Positions 41,849 through 52,983 are shown, numbered from the stretch's first letter. The stretch: 64,000 nt of DNA from Nitrospirota bacterium (GCA_963788195.1 CAWBGA010000002.1:288001-352000); one strand, 5' to 3'. Numbers and translations are program-made. Notes: generated by a model not told the origin, from the sequence alone.

Positions 41849-42698
41849 GCGGCTGACTGCCGATCCTCCCGAGCGCATTCGAGTGTTGGTCCATGCCCAG
41901 GCGCCTTCCTGGCTCGAGAGCTTGACGGCCGTTGAGATCGTGAAGGGTGATCTGCTTCAAACGAGATCCCTTGAAACGCTGTTGGATGGCGCCACGTGTG
42001 TCATTAACCTCGCAGGACAGGTGAGCGCCGACGTGGGGGATTACCAGAGTGTGAATCTTCGAGGGATGGTGAATCTCGCGCAAGCCTGCCTCAAGCATCG
42101 CGTGCCGCGGATAATTCATGCCTCCTCGGCGCTTGTCTACGGGACCATCCTTGACGCCACCGAAGATAGCCCGTGCCGGCCAATCTCGCCTTACGCGACG
42201 ATGAAACTTGCCGCGGAGGAAATCCTCAGCAGCCTGCTCGCCCCGACCGCGGAAATCCTGAGTTTGCGGCTCTCGAATGTCTATGGGCCCCGGCAACGCA
42301 ACGGATTGATGCCCTATCTTGTCAAACGCATCTTGAAGCGCGAGCCGATTACTATTGATGCCGATGGCGCACAGGTCCGCGACTTTGTCCACGTGGGGGA
42401 TGTGGTGAATGCGTTTCTAAAGGCCGTCGACGCGCCCGGATGCGTCGGCGCGATAAACATAGGCTCAGGCGAGGCGACCAGCATTATGACGCTGTTGCGG
42501 TTACTCGAGGAGGTGCTGGAGATGCCCGCCATCGGCCAGTATTGCCCGGAGCACAGCGGCGGCGAGCGCAAAAACACGGTGAATGTCTCGCGGGCCCAAA
42601 ACACCCTCGGCTGGCAGACTTCGATCGCGCTCACAGAAGGAATTCGGACGCTGCTTGCATCCAAGCAGACGGGCACAGGAGAGAGGATGTACGCATGA
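41787..42698 (+). CDS. NAD-dependent epimerase/dehydratase
   Basis: GGTGFIG, YATMK, NVYGP, RDFVHV. Confidence 0.9.
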   Translation: MPRAMIAVIGGTGFIGRHLLERLTADPPERIRVLVHAQAPSWLESLTAVEIVKGDLLQTRSLETLLDGATCVINLAGQVSADVGDYQSVNLRGMVNLAQACLKHRVPRIIHASSALVYGTILDATEDSPCRPISPYATMKLAAEEILSSLLAPTAEILSLRLSNVYGPRQRNGLMPYLVKRILKREPITIDADGAQVRDFVHVGDVVNAFLKAVDAPGCVGAINIGSGEATSIMTLLRLLEEVLEMPAIGQYCPEHSGGERKNTVNVSRAQNTLGWQTSIALTEGIRTLLASKQTGTGERMYA

Positions 42699-43765
42699 GA
42701 CAATTTATTGAAGGAAAAACGGTCTTGGTTACCGGCGGCACCGGCTCGATCGGTTCCGAAATCGTGCGCCAGGTCCTGGAGTTCGACCCGAAGATGGTCC
42801 GCGTCATGTCGCGAACGGAGCATATGCAATATGCGCTGATGCAGGAATTGGGAAGGCTTCCGAACCTCGTGTGTTTCATCGGCGATGTGCGAAGTCCTGA
42901 GCGGTTGAACCGGGCCGCCGTCGAGGCGGATGTGATCTTTCATGTTGCGGCGATGAAGCATGTCCCGATCTGCGAATTCAATCCGTTCGAGGCGGTCGAG
43001 ACGAATGTGATCGGCGCGCAGAACGTGGTCAATGCCGCCATCAGCAATCGGGTCAAACAGGTGATAGCAATCAGCACCGACAAAGCCGTCAATCCGATGA
43101 ATGTCATGGGGGGCACGAAGCTGTTGGCTGAAAAGCTCTTCACCAGCGCGCATCACTACGCGGGAGTAAGCGGCACGAAGTTCGCCTGCGTGCGGTTCGG
43201 CAATGTGCTCGGGTCGCGCGGTTCCGTCATTCCCGCATGGCTGGACCAGATCGCGAAGGGGCAGCCCATGACCTTGACCCATCCGGACATGACCCGGTTC
43301 TTTCTCTCGATCCCGCAAGCCGTGAATCTTGTGTTCAAGGCCATGCGCCGGATGGTCGGCGGCGAAATTTTCATCCTGAAGATGCCGGTGCTGCGCATGG
43401 GGGATCTCGCAGAATCTATTATCGACCGGTTCGCGCCGATGTACGGCCGCGATCCAGTGACGGTGGAGCGCAAAGTCGTCGGCATTCGGCCGGGCGAGAA
43501 GATGTACGAGCTGTTGATGTCCGAGGATGAGGCCGCTATCGCGCTTGAGGTGGACGAGATGTTCATCATTCCGCCGCATATCGAGATTCCCCATCGGGGA
43601 TTGATGCGGCGGACCTATGAGGGCGCCAAGGCGGCCCCCAAGATGGGTTATGACTCGCGGCGGGATCTGCCGATGGGCCGCAGAGCGATTCAGGACATGC
43701 TGCGCGTCACCTTCCCCGAGACTGAACAGCCGCTCGAGCGCCTGCCGGTGCCGGTGTTGATCTGA
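42695..43765 (+). CDS. NDP-GlcNAc 4,6-dehydratase (PseB/CapD, Polysacc_synt_2 family)
   Basis: TGGTGSIG, AAMKHVP, STDKA, RFGNVLGSRGSV, GIRPGEK. Confidence 0.9.
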   Translation: MRQFIEGKTVLVTGGTGSIGSEIVRQVLEFDPKMVRVMSRTEHMQYALMQELGRLPNLVCFIGDVRSPERLNRAAVEADVIFHVAAMKHVPICEFNPFEAVETNVIGAQNVVNAAISNRVKQVIAISTDKAVNPMNVMGGTKLLAEKLFTSAHHYAGVSGTKFACVRFGNVLGSRGSVIPAWLDQIAKGQPMTLTHPDMTRFFLSIPQAVNLVFKAMRRMVGGEIFILKMPVLRMGDLAESIIDRFAPMYGRDPVTVERKVVGIRPGEKMYELLMSEDEAAIALEVDEMFIIPPHIEIPHRGLMRRTYEGAKAAPKMGYDSRRDLPMGRRAIQDMLRVTFPETEQPLERLPVPVLI

Positions 43766-43778
43766 TGAAAGGATGGTC

Positions 43779-46441
43779 ATGAATTATCTCGAGCAGAACC
43801 TTGCCATCATGCGCACACGCGACCCGGAATCTGGCCTTATTAATGGAAAGCGAGATCGACTGCAGCCATATCGAAGTGATCCCCGACTCATGATCCAAAC
43901 GTCGTGACCGCGCGGGTCACACTCCCGTCTGGAGAGAAGGTTCTGCTGCACAACATGGATGACCCGATCGGCAGCGCCACAGCGCGTCGGCCGAGAAGCA
44001 GGACATGAAGGCGGAAAACGCCTCGATCCTGCTTGGGCTTTGGCTTGGGCTACCTGGCGATCGAGCTTGCAAAGAAGCTGGAGAAAAAGCATCCCATCAT
44101 CGTATGCGAAGTGGATCCTGCCATCCTGAAGACGGCGCTCACGCATGTGGATTTGTCCGAGGTGCTGAGCTCGGATTTCATCCGCATTTTGGTGGGCGAC
44201 CAGATCCCTTTACAAGATTGGATTCACAAGCTTTCGACTCAAGTTCATGACCGCCAGGGTAGACGTGATTGCTTACGGGCCTTCGAACCGCCTTGACCCC
44301 GACGCGTACCAGCGGCTTACTGAGATTCGCGCAAAAGGAATCCCGCGCGATCATTTTGAATCGCAATACTGTGCTGAAGGCCGGACAGCTGATGATGGAG
44401 AACTGTCTTGTACAATCTTCCGGACGTGCTGCAGTCCGCGGGAGTCCGGAATCTGGAGGGTCTCTTCAAGGGAAGGCCGGCGATCGTCGTCTCCGCAGGT
44501 CCGTCGCTCGAAAAGAATCGTTCACTTGCTGCGGGAACTGGACGGGCGCGCCGTCATTATCTGCCGTCGACACGGCGCTGCGGTTGTTGCTGCCGTTGGG
44601 GATCAAGCCCGATGTCGTCACCACGATTGACTTCAACCCGAAGAACTTCGAGAAAGTTCGCGAACGTCCCGATTGACTCGGATATCTCGCTGGTCTACCA
44701 TCCCGGCGGCTACTACGAAAGCATCCGGGCTTTCCAGGGACCCAAGTTTACCTCGTCGCAGGTACCCAATCCGCATTCCCCACTGGCTGATGCAGTTTGT
44801 GGAGGATAAAGGAGGTCTTCCCTCCGGGACCACGGTGGCGCACTTGTCTTTCTTTCTTGCCCGTCATATGGGATGCGATCCCATCGTGTTGATCGGCCAG
44901 GATTTGGCATTTCCCGCAGAATAAGATCCATGCCGGTGATCTTTCGCTCTGGGACATCAACACGGATGAGATGGAAATGATAGAGGACATCTTCGGCGAG
45001 CCGGTCGGCTCGATGACCTCCTTCAAACATGCGATCTATTTTTTTGAAAAAGCGTTTAAAGAAACCCAGGCGACACATCATTGACGCCACGGAAGCAGGG
45101 GCGAAGAAACAAGGGGCGCTCGTCATGCGCCTCCGCGATGTCATTGACGAGTATGGACAGGTCCCGGCCATCAACATTAAAGAAATACTCCGCACCGCCA
45201 GCAGAAACGTGGAGGCGGTGCGCATGGAGGATCTCCTCCGGGAGCTGGAACAGGTAAACGCGGAGCTCAACGTGGTTCAAAAAGGAAGCCGCGAAATCGT
45301 GCGGGTGGCGAGACAATTACAGAGAAAAATTGTCGCGCGTCAGACTAAAGACGACGAGTTTTTGAAACTTAGCGAGAAGGCAGAAACGCTGACCCAGGCT
45401 ATGGATGAACGAGGCCGGGTTCTGCATCTGCTGGGCGAGCATAATTACGGATTGGAACTCTACATGGTCAGGCATGAGGTCGCGGCAATCGACGAGATCG
45501 AAGAGGTCGACGAGAAGATCACGCAGCAGGTCATGCGGGCAATGGTCTTCTACCCCAGCGTGGCGCAGGCTGCCGAAACATTCAAGAAACCGCTTAACCG
45601 GCTCATCCAAAGACTTCAGCGCGCGCGCGAGCTGGACAGTCAAAGGCCTGATGCGACAGCCTCACCTGAGGTGTGGTATCGGCGTGCGCAGGACTACAAC
45701 AAGATTGAATCGCGACGTGAGGCGCTCGAGTCGGTTCACGAAGCTCTTGTTCTCGATCCGAAGCATGTGCCTGCTTTAAAGCTGCTTACTCGTCTTTGTC
45801 TGGACGGTAACCGGCTGGACGAAGCGCTTGCAGCCTTGAAGGTGCTTGGTGATCTCGCAAAGCCTGATCGCAATCTGGCCAGTCTTAAGCAGGAGGCGCA
45901 GTCAAAACACGATGCCTGGTCTGAACGCTGCACTCGTTTGAACGCTGAATTCAGCCGCAAGATTAGTAAGGAGTCGGAGGAAGAAGCCGGCTGGTTTTAT
46001 TACCGGACCAAGGATTACCCACGAGCCGTAGCTCATTTGGAACGAGTGATCTCCGGAAGTCCGACGGCGGAGGCCTATGCCCGGCTTGGTCATGCCCGCT
46101 CCAAATTGGGAGACATCAACGGTGCCTTCGATGCCTGGGAGAAAGGGATCGAGCTCGATCCCAGCCGTGCTGACCTCTATAAAGAGCTCGGAACGCTTGC
46201 TCTGGCTGAGAGTATGGGTGAGCAGGCGGAGCAGTTTTTACGTGAAGCCTTTCGACTGGAGCCCGATGATGCCGTGACCTGCGAGCGTCTTGCGCCGCTG
46301 TACTTGGAGCGGAGCGCGTATCTGGAGGCCGCACAGTGTTATGAAAGCTTGTTGCGCTTGAGTCCCGGGCGGTCAGATCTGATTCCCCAGATAGCAGCGC
46401 TCTATCAGCGCCAAATTGCGATCGCGACAAATACCCAGTAG
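43779..46441 (+). CDS. Maf-family flagellin glycosyltransferase candidate (DUF115) with C-terminal TPRs; heavily frameshifted
   Basis: GFGLGY, VSAGPSL, KPDVVTTID, GTTVAH..GCDPIVLIGQDLAF, IDATEAGA, followed by a TPR array. Confidence 0.8.
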
Positions 46442-46453
46442 ATCTTGTCGACC

Positions 46454-47539
46454 ATGAAAATCATCGACAAATTTGTGGTCCATCAGGGAAAAGAACCTGC
46501 CCTTTTTCCCGGTCTGACGCGCGCCGCGAACGGCAATCTGCTCGTCAGCTTCTGTACCACGTTCGATTGCCAGAAGGGCGGTCGGGCCTATCTGCTTCGC
46601 TCTTCAGACAACGGGAAGACCTGGCCGGAGGGCGCGGTCCTTATGCAATCCCGCAACTCCGACGGCGCCATCAACCTCTCAGTCGGTATGACGAGGCTCC
46701 GGGACGGGACCATTCTCTATCCCTGTTGCGATGCGCGCATCACGAGAAAATGGGATCAGCATGACGCCGACCTAATCATTCTGCGGTCCAAGGACCATGG
46801 AAATACATGGACAGATGGAACGCCGGTCCATGTCGGAGTGAAGGAGCCATTTGCGTATGGTGGGATCATTGAGTTGAAGAACGGGGAGGTTCTCTGTCCC
46901 ATTTGGGGCAAGCGAACGAGCGAGGAGCCGTGGCGCAGCGGTATCGTGCGATCTCGGGACGGCGGTGTGAGCTGGGGTGATTACCGGACGATTGCTTATG
47001 ATTCACAGGTCGTCGTCGGTGCAGGGGCAGACAGCGACGAGGTACATTGTGCCGGCTTCAACGAGACCAGCCTGTTAGAACTCGCGGATGGACGTGTCCT
47101 TGCTGTTCTTCGCCAGCAGGGCGTACACGGAGGGCAGCGTGAGCTCTATCGTTGCATCTCTTCGGACCAAGGGCGCACGTGGGATACCCCGACGCGGCTC
47201 GATGTCTGGGGCACATCTCCTTCGCTACACCTCACCCCATCGGGTGCGCTGATTCTAGGATACCGCAATCACCTCGGTAACCCCCAAGGTCTGGAGACTC
47301 CAGGAGTCGCGGTGAGCGTGAGCCATGACGCAGGAGAAACATGGGGTGAGCATTTCATGCTGGAGGACCCGAAAGGGTACCAGTACCTCCAGGAATTCGA
47401 GGCCGGCTATCCGGCGTTCCTCACCATGCGGGATGGCTCCATTATGGTCGTCTTTTATAGCTTTGACCCTTCTCGAAACGATCGCTATCTCGCCGGAAAC
47501 CTTCTGCTCGAACAACCGACAGTAACGAGCAACAACTGA
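46454..47539 (+). CDS. Sialidase/BNR-repeat beta-propeller protein without signal peptide
   Basis: Five Asp-boxes (SSDNGKTW, SKDHGNTW, SRDGGVSW, SSDQGRTW, SHDAGETW); NETS; AGYP. Confidence 0.85.
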   Translation: MKIIDKFVVHQGKEPALFPGLTRAANGNLLVSFCTTFDCQKGGRAYLLRSSDNGKTWPEGAVLMQSRNSDGAINLSVGMTRLRDGTILYPCCDARITRKWDQHDADLIILRSKDHGNTWTDGTPVHVGVKEPFAYGGIIELKNGEVLCPIWGKRTSEEPWRSGIVRSRDGGVSWGDYRTIAYDSQVVVGAGADSDEVHCAGFNETSLLELADGRVLAVLRQQGVHGGQRELYRCISSDQGRTWDTPTRLDVWGTSPSLHLTPSGALILGYRNHLGNPQGLETPGVAVSVSHDAGETWGEHFMLEDPKGYQYLQEFEAGYPAFLTMRDGSIMVVFYSFDPSRNDRYLAGNLLLEQPTVTSNN

Positions 47540-47571
47540 CACGTCCGCCTTATTTCTGTAAGCCAGGCCTC

Positions 47572-47599
47572 TAAAGTCTCCTGTTGCCGCATCCGATAG
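47572..47599 (+). promoter_or_regulatory. Sigma28 promoter TAAAG-N15-TCCGATAG for flagellin
   Basis: Near-consensus FliA site ~160 nt upstream of the fliC ATG. Confidence 0.85.
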
Positions 47600-47600
47600 T

Positions 47601-47757
47601 ACACCTTAAGGAAAAGTGTCATGCTGTCCAGGCGAAGCGAAAGGAGACTACGCCCGGGGAGGCTTGGAAAAGGAAGTCCAGTAAATCATCAATAGGAAGG
47701 CGCGCGGCAAGGACGTCGGGCGCTGGACAGTGCTCAACAATCAAGGAGGATCTCTCA
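47601..47757 (+). promoter_or_regulatory. Flagellin 5' leader with ten GGA motifs (putative CsrA-binding sites)
   Basis: GGA at 47610, 47643, 47658, 47666, 47672, 47695, 47711, 47725, 47745, 47748. Confidence 0.7.
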
Positions 47758-49657
47758 ATGTCTCTCATTATCAATACAAACATCGCCAGTTTGACGGCCC
47801 AGCGGAACTTGGGCCTCAACAACTCACAATTACAGGCTTCTCTGGAACGCCTGTCATCTGGTCTACGTGTGAACCGTTCCGCGGACGACGCGGCCGGATT
47901 GTCCATCGCCAACAAGCTGAGCTTTCAGGCACGCGGTCTGAACCAGGCTGTCAGAAACGCGGGCGATGCGACCTCTCTGGTGCAGACGGCTGAAGGCGCG
48001 TTCAACGTTGTGACGAACATCCTCGGGCGGCTTCGTGAGTTGGCGGTCCAGTCTGCCAGCGATACGAACACCAAAGCAGACCGTGCGACATTAAAGTCTG
48101 AGGCTGACCTGTTGACGGCCGAGCTGACGCGGTTGGCGACAACCACGCAGTTCAACGGCGCCAACCTGCTTGGATGGGTCGTTCTCTTCAGGCAAGGTTC
48201 AGGTCGGCGCGAATGCCGATCAGACGATCTCCTTCTCACTCGCAGATGCCCGGGCATCGCAGCTCGGCAAATTCGCGGCGTTCTCGGCGAACATTGCAGA
48301 CGGCATCGGCTCGCAGGGGACCAGCCAGGCCAGCGGATTCGGCAATTTCACGACAGGCGAGTTCAATGTCAACGGACAATTAGTGGGCGGAACCATCGCG
48401 ACCGACGATCAAGTGTCGACGCTGGAACTGTTCTACGGCCAGACGGGCGGCGTCCTGCAACTAGGCGACGGTACAGCCGGTGCCTCCGGAGCTGCGGGAA
48501 CGAATGCCGCCACGAACATCGCGGGCCAACTTGCTACTGGGACCGTAGGTTTGTACATCAACGGGACGGTCGTGACGGGCCTGGCGAACGTAAGCGGAAC
48601 ATCGGCGTTTGCCGGCACCAGTGCCGCGTTCGCGTCGAACAGCTCGTTCGTCTCAGCTTTTGTCGCCAAAATCAATACGGCGGGCATCACCAATGTCACC
48701 GCCCGTCAGAATGTGGACGGCTCGACCTATAGTCTCGTGGCCACCGGTGGCACGGACATTAAGTTAGCCTTCAGCGGAGCTGCCTCGGTAGGAAGCCTGT
48801 TGAGCAATATAGGATTAGCGAACCAGGTGGTTGGCTCGGGTAACGCGGCCAGCGAAGTCAGCACATTCAACGGCCAGTCGGGCGCCATCGCGAAGGCGGC
48901 GGCGATCAACACCGTGAAGAGCAAATCAGGCGTGACGGCTACAGCGGTAGCCACCGTCTTCTCGCAGGCGACCGCAGTTGCTGCGGGCTCGCTCGTAGCG
49001 GCCGATCTCATCATCAATGGTGTAGCCATTGGTGCCACCACGGCGATCACGGCCGGCGATGCAACCGGCGCCCTTCGCGCCGCCATCAACGCCAAGACGG
49101 CTGACACTGGAGTCGTGGCGTCGGTCAATACGTCGGGCAAGCTGGTTCTGACAGCTGACGACGGTCGCAATATCTCGGTGTTTTCGGGTGCCAGCGGAAC
49201 TTCCGTTGCCGGGCTGGCAGCGGGCGTGGATGTCTATCGCGCGTCGCTGAAATTCGTGTCCAACGAAGAGGTGACCTTCACGGGCACCACCGTAGATGCG
49301 GGCGGCTTGACCACGGGTACTCCGTACCAGCCGGATTTGTCCAACTCGCTGAGCTTGCTCGACATCAGCACTCAGAGTGGGGCGAACACGGCCATCACGT
49401 CAATCGACGCGGCCTTGCAACAGGTCAGCAAGTCGCGTTCCGACGTCGGAGCCCTGCAGAGCCGGTTGGACCTCACGGTCCAGTCCCTGCAGACCGCTTC
49501 CGAGAACCAGAGAGCGGCCGAATCACGGATCCGGGATGCTGACTTCGCTTACGAAACAGCGGTGTTCACGCGTAACCAGATCCTGGTGCAGGCCGGCACG
49601 GCGATCCTGGCGCAGGCCAACTCGTCCACGCAGATCGCGTTGCAGCTCTTAAAGTAA
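47758..49657 (+). CDS. fliC: Flagellin (~630 aa); one frameshift near 48170
   Basis: INTNIASL, ERLSSGLRVN.SADDAAGL, SRIRDADFA.E, QAGTAILAQAN. Confidence 0.95.
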
Positions 49658-49673
49658 CAACGTAGGAGAATGA

Positions 49674-49701
49674 GCGTGGGGGGCTGCAGAGCCCCCCACG
49701 C
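49674..49701 (+). terminator. Strong stem-loop after fliC (partial terminator or 3' stabiliser)
   Basis: GCGTGGGGGGCT-GCAG-AGCCCCCCACGC, 12-bp stem, weak U-tract. Confidence 0.65.
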
Positions 49702-49716
49702 CTTCCCGAGGGACTT

Positions 49717-50052
49717 ATGATTCCTGAGATTGCTCAAATTGAACAGGTGGCTTCGGTCCGTGTCTCCGCGGGCAACGCGGGGCAATTACGGCCAGCACCG
49801 GACGCGAGCCGCTCCAATGGGTCCGCGAAAGCGGCAAAAAATGCCGACCGCGAGGTGCAACCCCGCCGGGCTCCTGTTGCGAATGATCATGGGCTCCGCT
49901 TAACCGTGAAGACGGACACCCATGAAGTGATCGCCACATTGGTCAATACAGAGACCAATGAGGTCATCCGCCAGATTCCGGGGAAGGAGACACAGCGGGC
50001 CGGGGAGGTGATCCGCGGCATTGCTGGGCAACTTTTAGATAAACTCGCCTGA
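49717..50052 (+). CDS. flaG: FlaG protein
   Basis: ETNEVIRQIP..E...GQLLDKLA; between fliC and fliD. Confidence 0.85.
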   Translation: MIPEIAQIEQVASVRVSAGNAGQLRPAPDASRSNGSAKAAKNADREVQPRRAPVANDHGLRLTVKTDTHEVIATLVNTETNEVIRQIPGKETQRAGEVIRGIAGQLLDKLA

Positions 50053-50067
50053 TCCCGCGATTTCCCT

Positions 50068-50093
50068 CAAGTTTCACAGCAAACCCCCGATAA
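50068..50093 (+). promoter_or_regulatory. Sigma28 promoter CAAG-N14-CCCGATAA for fliD
   Basis: Consensus -10; spacer is one short across a C run (possible indel). Confidence 0.7.
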
Positions 50094-50115
50094 GAGTATT
50101 AGGTAGGAGTACGCC

Positions 50116-52460
50116 ATGGCTATTACATCCGCAGGTCTTATTTCTGGAATAGACGTCGATAACATCCTCGCTCAGGTGCAGGAGCTCTGCGCAAAAGCCT
50201 ATTCAGATACTCCAGACACGGCAGACCGCATATCAAAACCAAATCAGCGCCGTGCAAGCGCTCAGTTCCAAGCTCTCAACCTTTGCAGCCGTTGCCACAT
50301 CGGTCAATAATCCTGCGAATTTCAATACGCGAACGGCCGATGCCACGAAAACCCCCACGGGGGTCTCAGTCCTGTCGGCGACCACTGACAGCACCGCGAC
50401 CAACGGCTCTTACTCAGTCCTCGTTCAGCAGTTGGCTCAGGCGCAGAAGCAAGCGTCCCAGGGCTTTGTGGATCAAAACACGACCCCCGTGGCGAGTGCA
50501 GCGGGGACCTTTAAATTCAAGGTGGGTAGCGCCGGGACCGAGTATAGCGTCAGTGTTTCCGCGACCACTACTTTGCAAGGGCTGCGGGACGCGATCAACT
50601 CGGCCGCGGGGAGTGTCACGGCGACGATTATCAATGACGGCACGGGCTCCAATCCATACCGCCTGGTGCTGACCGCCAATGCAAGCGGCGCCGACAATAC
50701 ACTCACCCTTACCAACAACGACACGACGCTGGACTTGACGAATAAAAAGGTCGAAGCGGCCTATGCCTCCGTCAGCAACAGTTTCGCCGGAACGGTCTCC
50801 TCGAATGCGGGCGACAACTACACCGGAACCACCAATAAGAGTTTCCTGGTGAAGGCAGTCACCGGAGGCGCGACGGACACGGCCACATACAAATACTCAA
50901 TCGATGGCGGCATCACGTATCTTGGGTATGGCGGCGTAGCTTACAACGCTGCCGCTGTAGGCGGCACTGCCGGCGCGGCCATCGTGGCTGCCTCGGCCCT
51001 TACTGCCATCGACGGAAGCGCAGCCACGAACGAGGGCGTGCAAATTGGATTCGGGGCAATCGGAACGCTGGCAGTCAATGACAAATTCACCGTGGATGTC
51101 TTCAATCCTGCATTTCAAAACGCCCAGGATGCGGTCGTCAAGATCGACGGCACCACGATTACGAAAGACTCCAACAAGATCACCGACGCGATCCAGGGAG
51201 TCACCTTGAATCTGGCTCAGGTTGATGCTGCGAATGCCGTGACCGTAACGGTCGCGTCGAACGCGAGCGGCGCTGCAGAGAAGATCAAAAACTTTGTGGC
51301 GGCCTACAACGATGTCACCAAGTTCCTACACGATCAGTTTACGTTCGATCCCAAGGTCAATACAGCCCGGAGCGTTGATGGCCGATGCGAGCGTGCGCGC
51401 CGTACAGACCTCACTAAGAAGGATCGTCACCGGCAGCATTCTGGGGCTGACGACCGGCAAGTCGAATCTCTCGCAGATCGGTATTACCTCAAATAGCAAG
51501 ACCGGCGCCCTGACCGTTGATGACAGCAAACTATCCGCGGCGATCACCTCCGACCCAAGCGGCGTCCAACGCCTGTTCTTAGGGCTGGGCACGGCCTCGA
51601 ATTCTGCAATCAAATTCCAGGCGCTTGGGCTGAAGACAAGCCCCGGAACCTACGGTGTTGCGATCTCTGTTCCACCGCAGAAGGCAGTTTTGGGTGGTGC
51701 CTCGGATGTCACCTTCCAGGATTTATCGAGCACCGGCATTACCAACGCGGAGATCCTGTCTTTCACCTTCAGCGATAACTACACCGCGACGGCACCCAGC
51801 ACGACCGCCTTCTCCCTGACGTTATTGGCAGGATCGAGGATCAACGATGTCGTGAATGCCCTGAACAGCACGTTCGCGAGCAAAGGCGCCTCGCTCTCGG
51901 CCTCCAATGACAGCGGGCGGTTAAAGGTAACCTCGACAGACTATGGGACGGACATCCGTATCACAGTCGTGTCTGACCAAGCCGGCGCTACCCAAACCGG
52001 CATCGGGTCAGTCGGACTGACGGTACAGGGCGCGGATGTCGCGGGGACTCTTAACGGCCATGCGGCGATCGGGAAAGGCAACCTTCTCACAAGCCAGTCC
52101 GGATTTGCCGAAGATGGATTGAGCATAACAACGGAAACCACCACGACCGGGCTCTTCGGCACCATCGCAGTCTCGCGTGGAATCGGCGACCGGCTGGTCG
52201 GTTCTCTCGCCGACTATACAGATCCCCTGACGGGCATCTTCATCGGCAAGACAAAGAGCTTACAGGGAAGTGTTGACGGGATTTCAAAAAACATCACAAA
52301 CATCACCGACCGCATTACCAAGGAGGGAGACCGTCTGCGAGCCCAGTTAGTCAACCTCGAGAGTCTTCTCGGGAAATTCCAAGCCACCAGCAACTTTCTG
52401 ACAAACGCGCTGGCGAAGCTCCCAAGCTTCTCATCGTCTACAGCAACAAATACACTATGA
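50116..52460 (+). CDS. fliD: Filament cap FliD, long form; frameshifts
   Basis: GLISGID, V.QLAQAQ, N.ITDAIQGVTLNL, FVAAYN, C-terminal coiled coil. Confidence 0.9.
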
Positions 52461-52498
52461 GCAAGTCTCCAAGCTTCTCCCGCCTTCGAAAGGACACT

Positions 52499-52913
52499 AT
52501 GAAAACCAACTTCCGCAGCGACAATTTCTCAAAACAGTCAGATCACTCAGGCCGATCCAGCACAGTTGATCGTGCTGCTGTACAACGGAGCTCTTTCTCA
52601 CATCGCTCAAGGACAACAGTTCCATAAAGAGAAGAATTTCGTGCAAGCCGGTCTCGCCATCAGCAAGGCGCAGGCTATTGTGGGTGAGCTTCGGCAGGCG
52701 CTGGATCTGGACTCCGGAGGCGATATCGCGAAGAATTTGGATCGGCTGTATGCCTACATGCATGAGCTGATGGTGAAAGCCATGGCTGTAAGTCGAGTCG
52801 AACCGTTGAACGAAGCGGCCAAGTTGCTGACCGAGCTACGGACAGCCTGGAACGAGGTCGCGACACTGGTCATGCCTATCTATACGAACGAGCCAGCGAA
52901 GGTGAGAGCGTAA
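52499..52913 (+). CDS. fliS: Flagellin chaperone FliS, copy 1 (5' frameshift)
   Basis: ADP.QLIVLLYNGA, IAKNLDRLY.YM, ELRTAW. Confidence 0.88.
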
Positions 52914-52953
52914 ACTTTTCGAGGTGATCTAGGTCGAAGCATGAATTGGATGC

Positions 52954-52983
52954 CGCCGACAGCGTCTCATGACGCTGTCGGCG
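52954..52983 (+). terminator. Stem-loop between the two fliS copies
   Basis: CGCCGACAGCGTC-TCAT-GACGCTGTCGGCG, 13-bp stem. Confidence 0.6.

Noticed and set aside
42314..43780. Long antisense ORFs (488 aa here; also 34676..35752, 39646..40614, 13646..14485)
   Set aside because: Shadow frames of well-supported + strand genes in GC-rich DNA with no recognisable motifs
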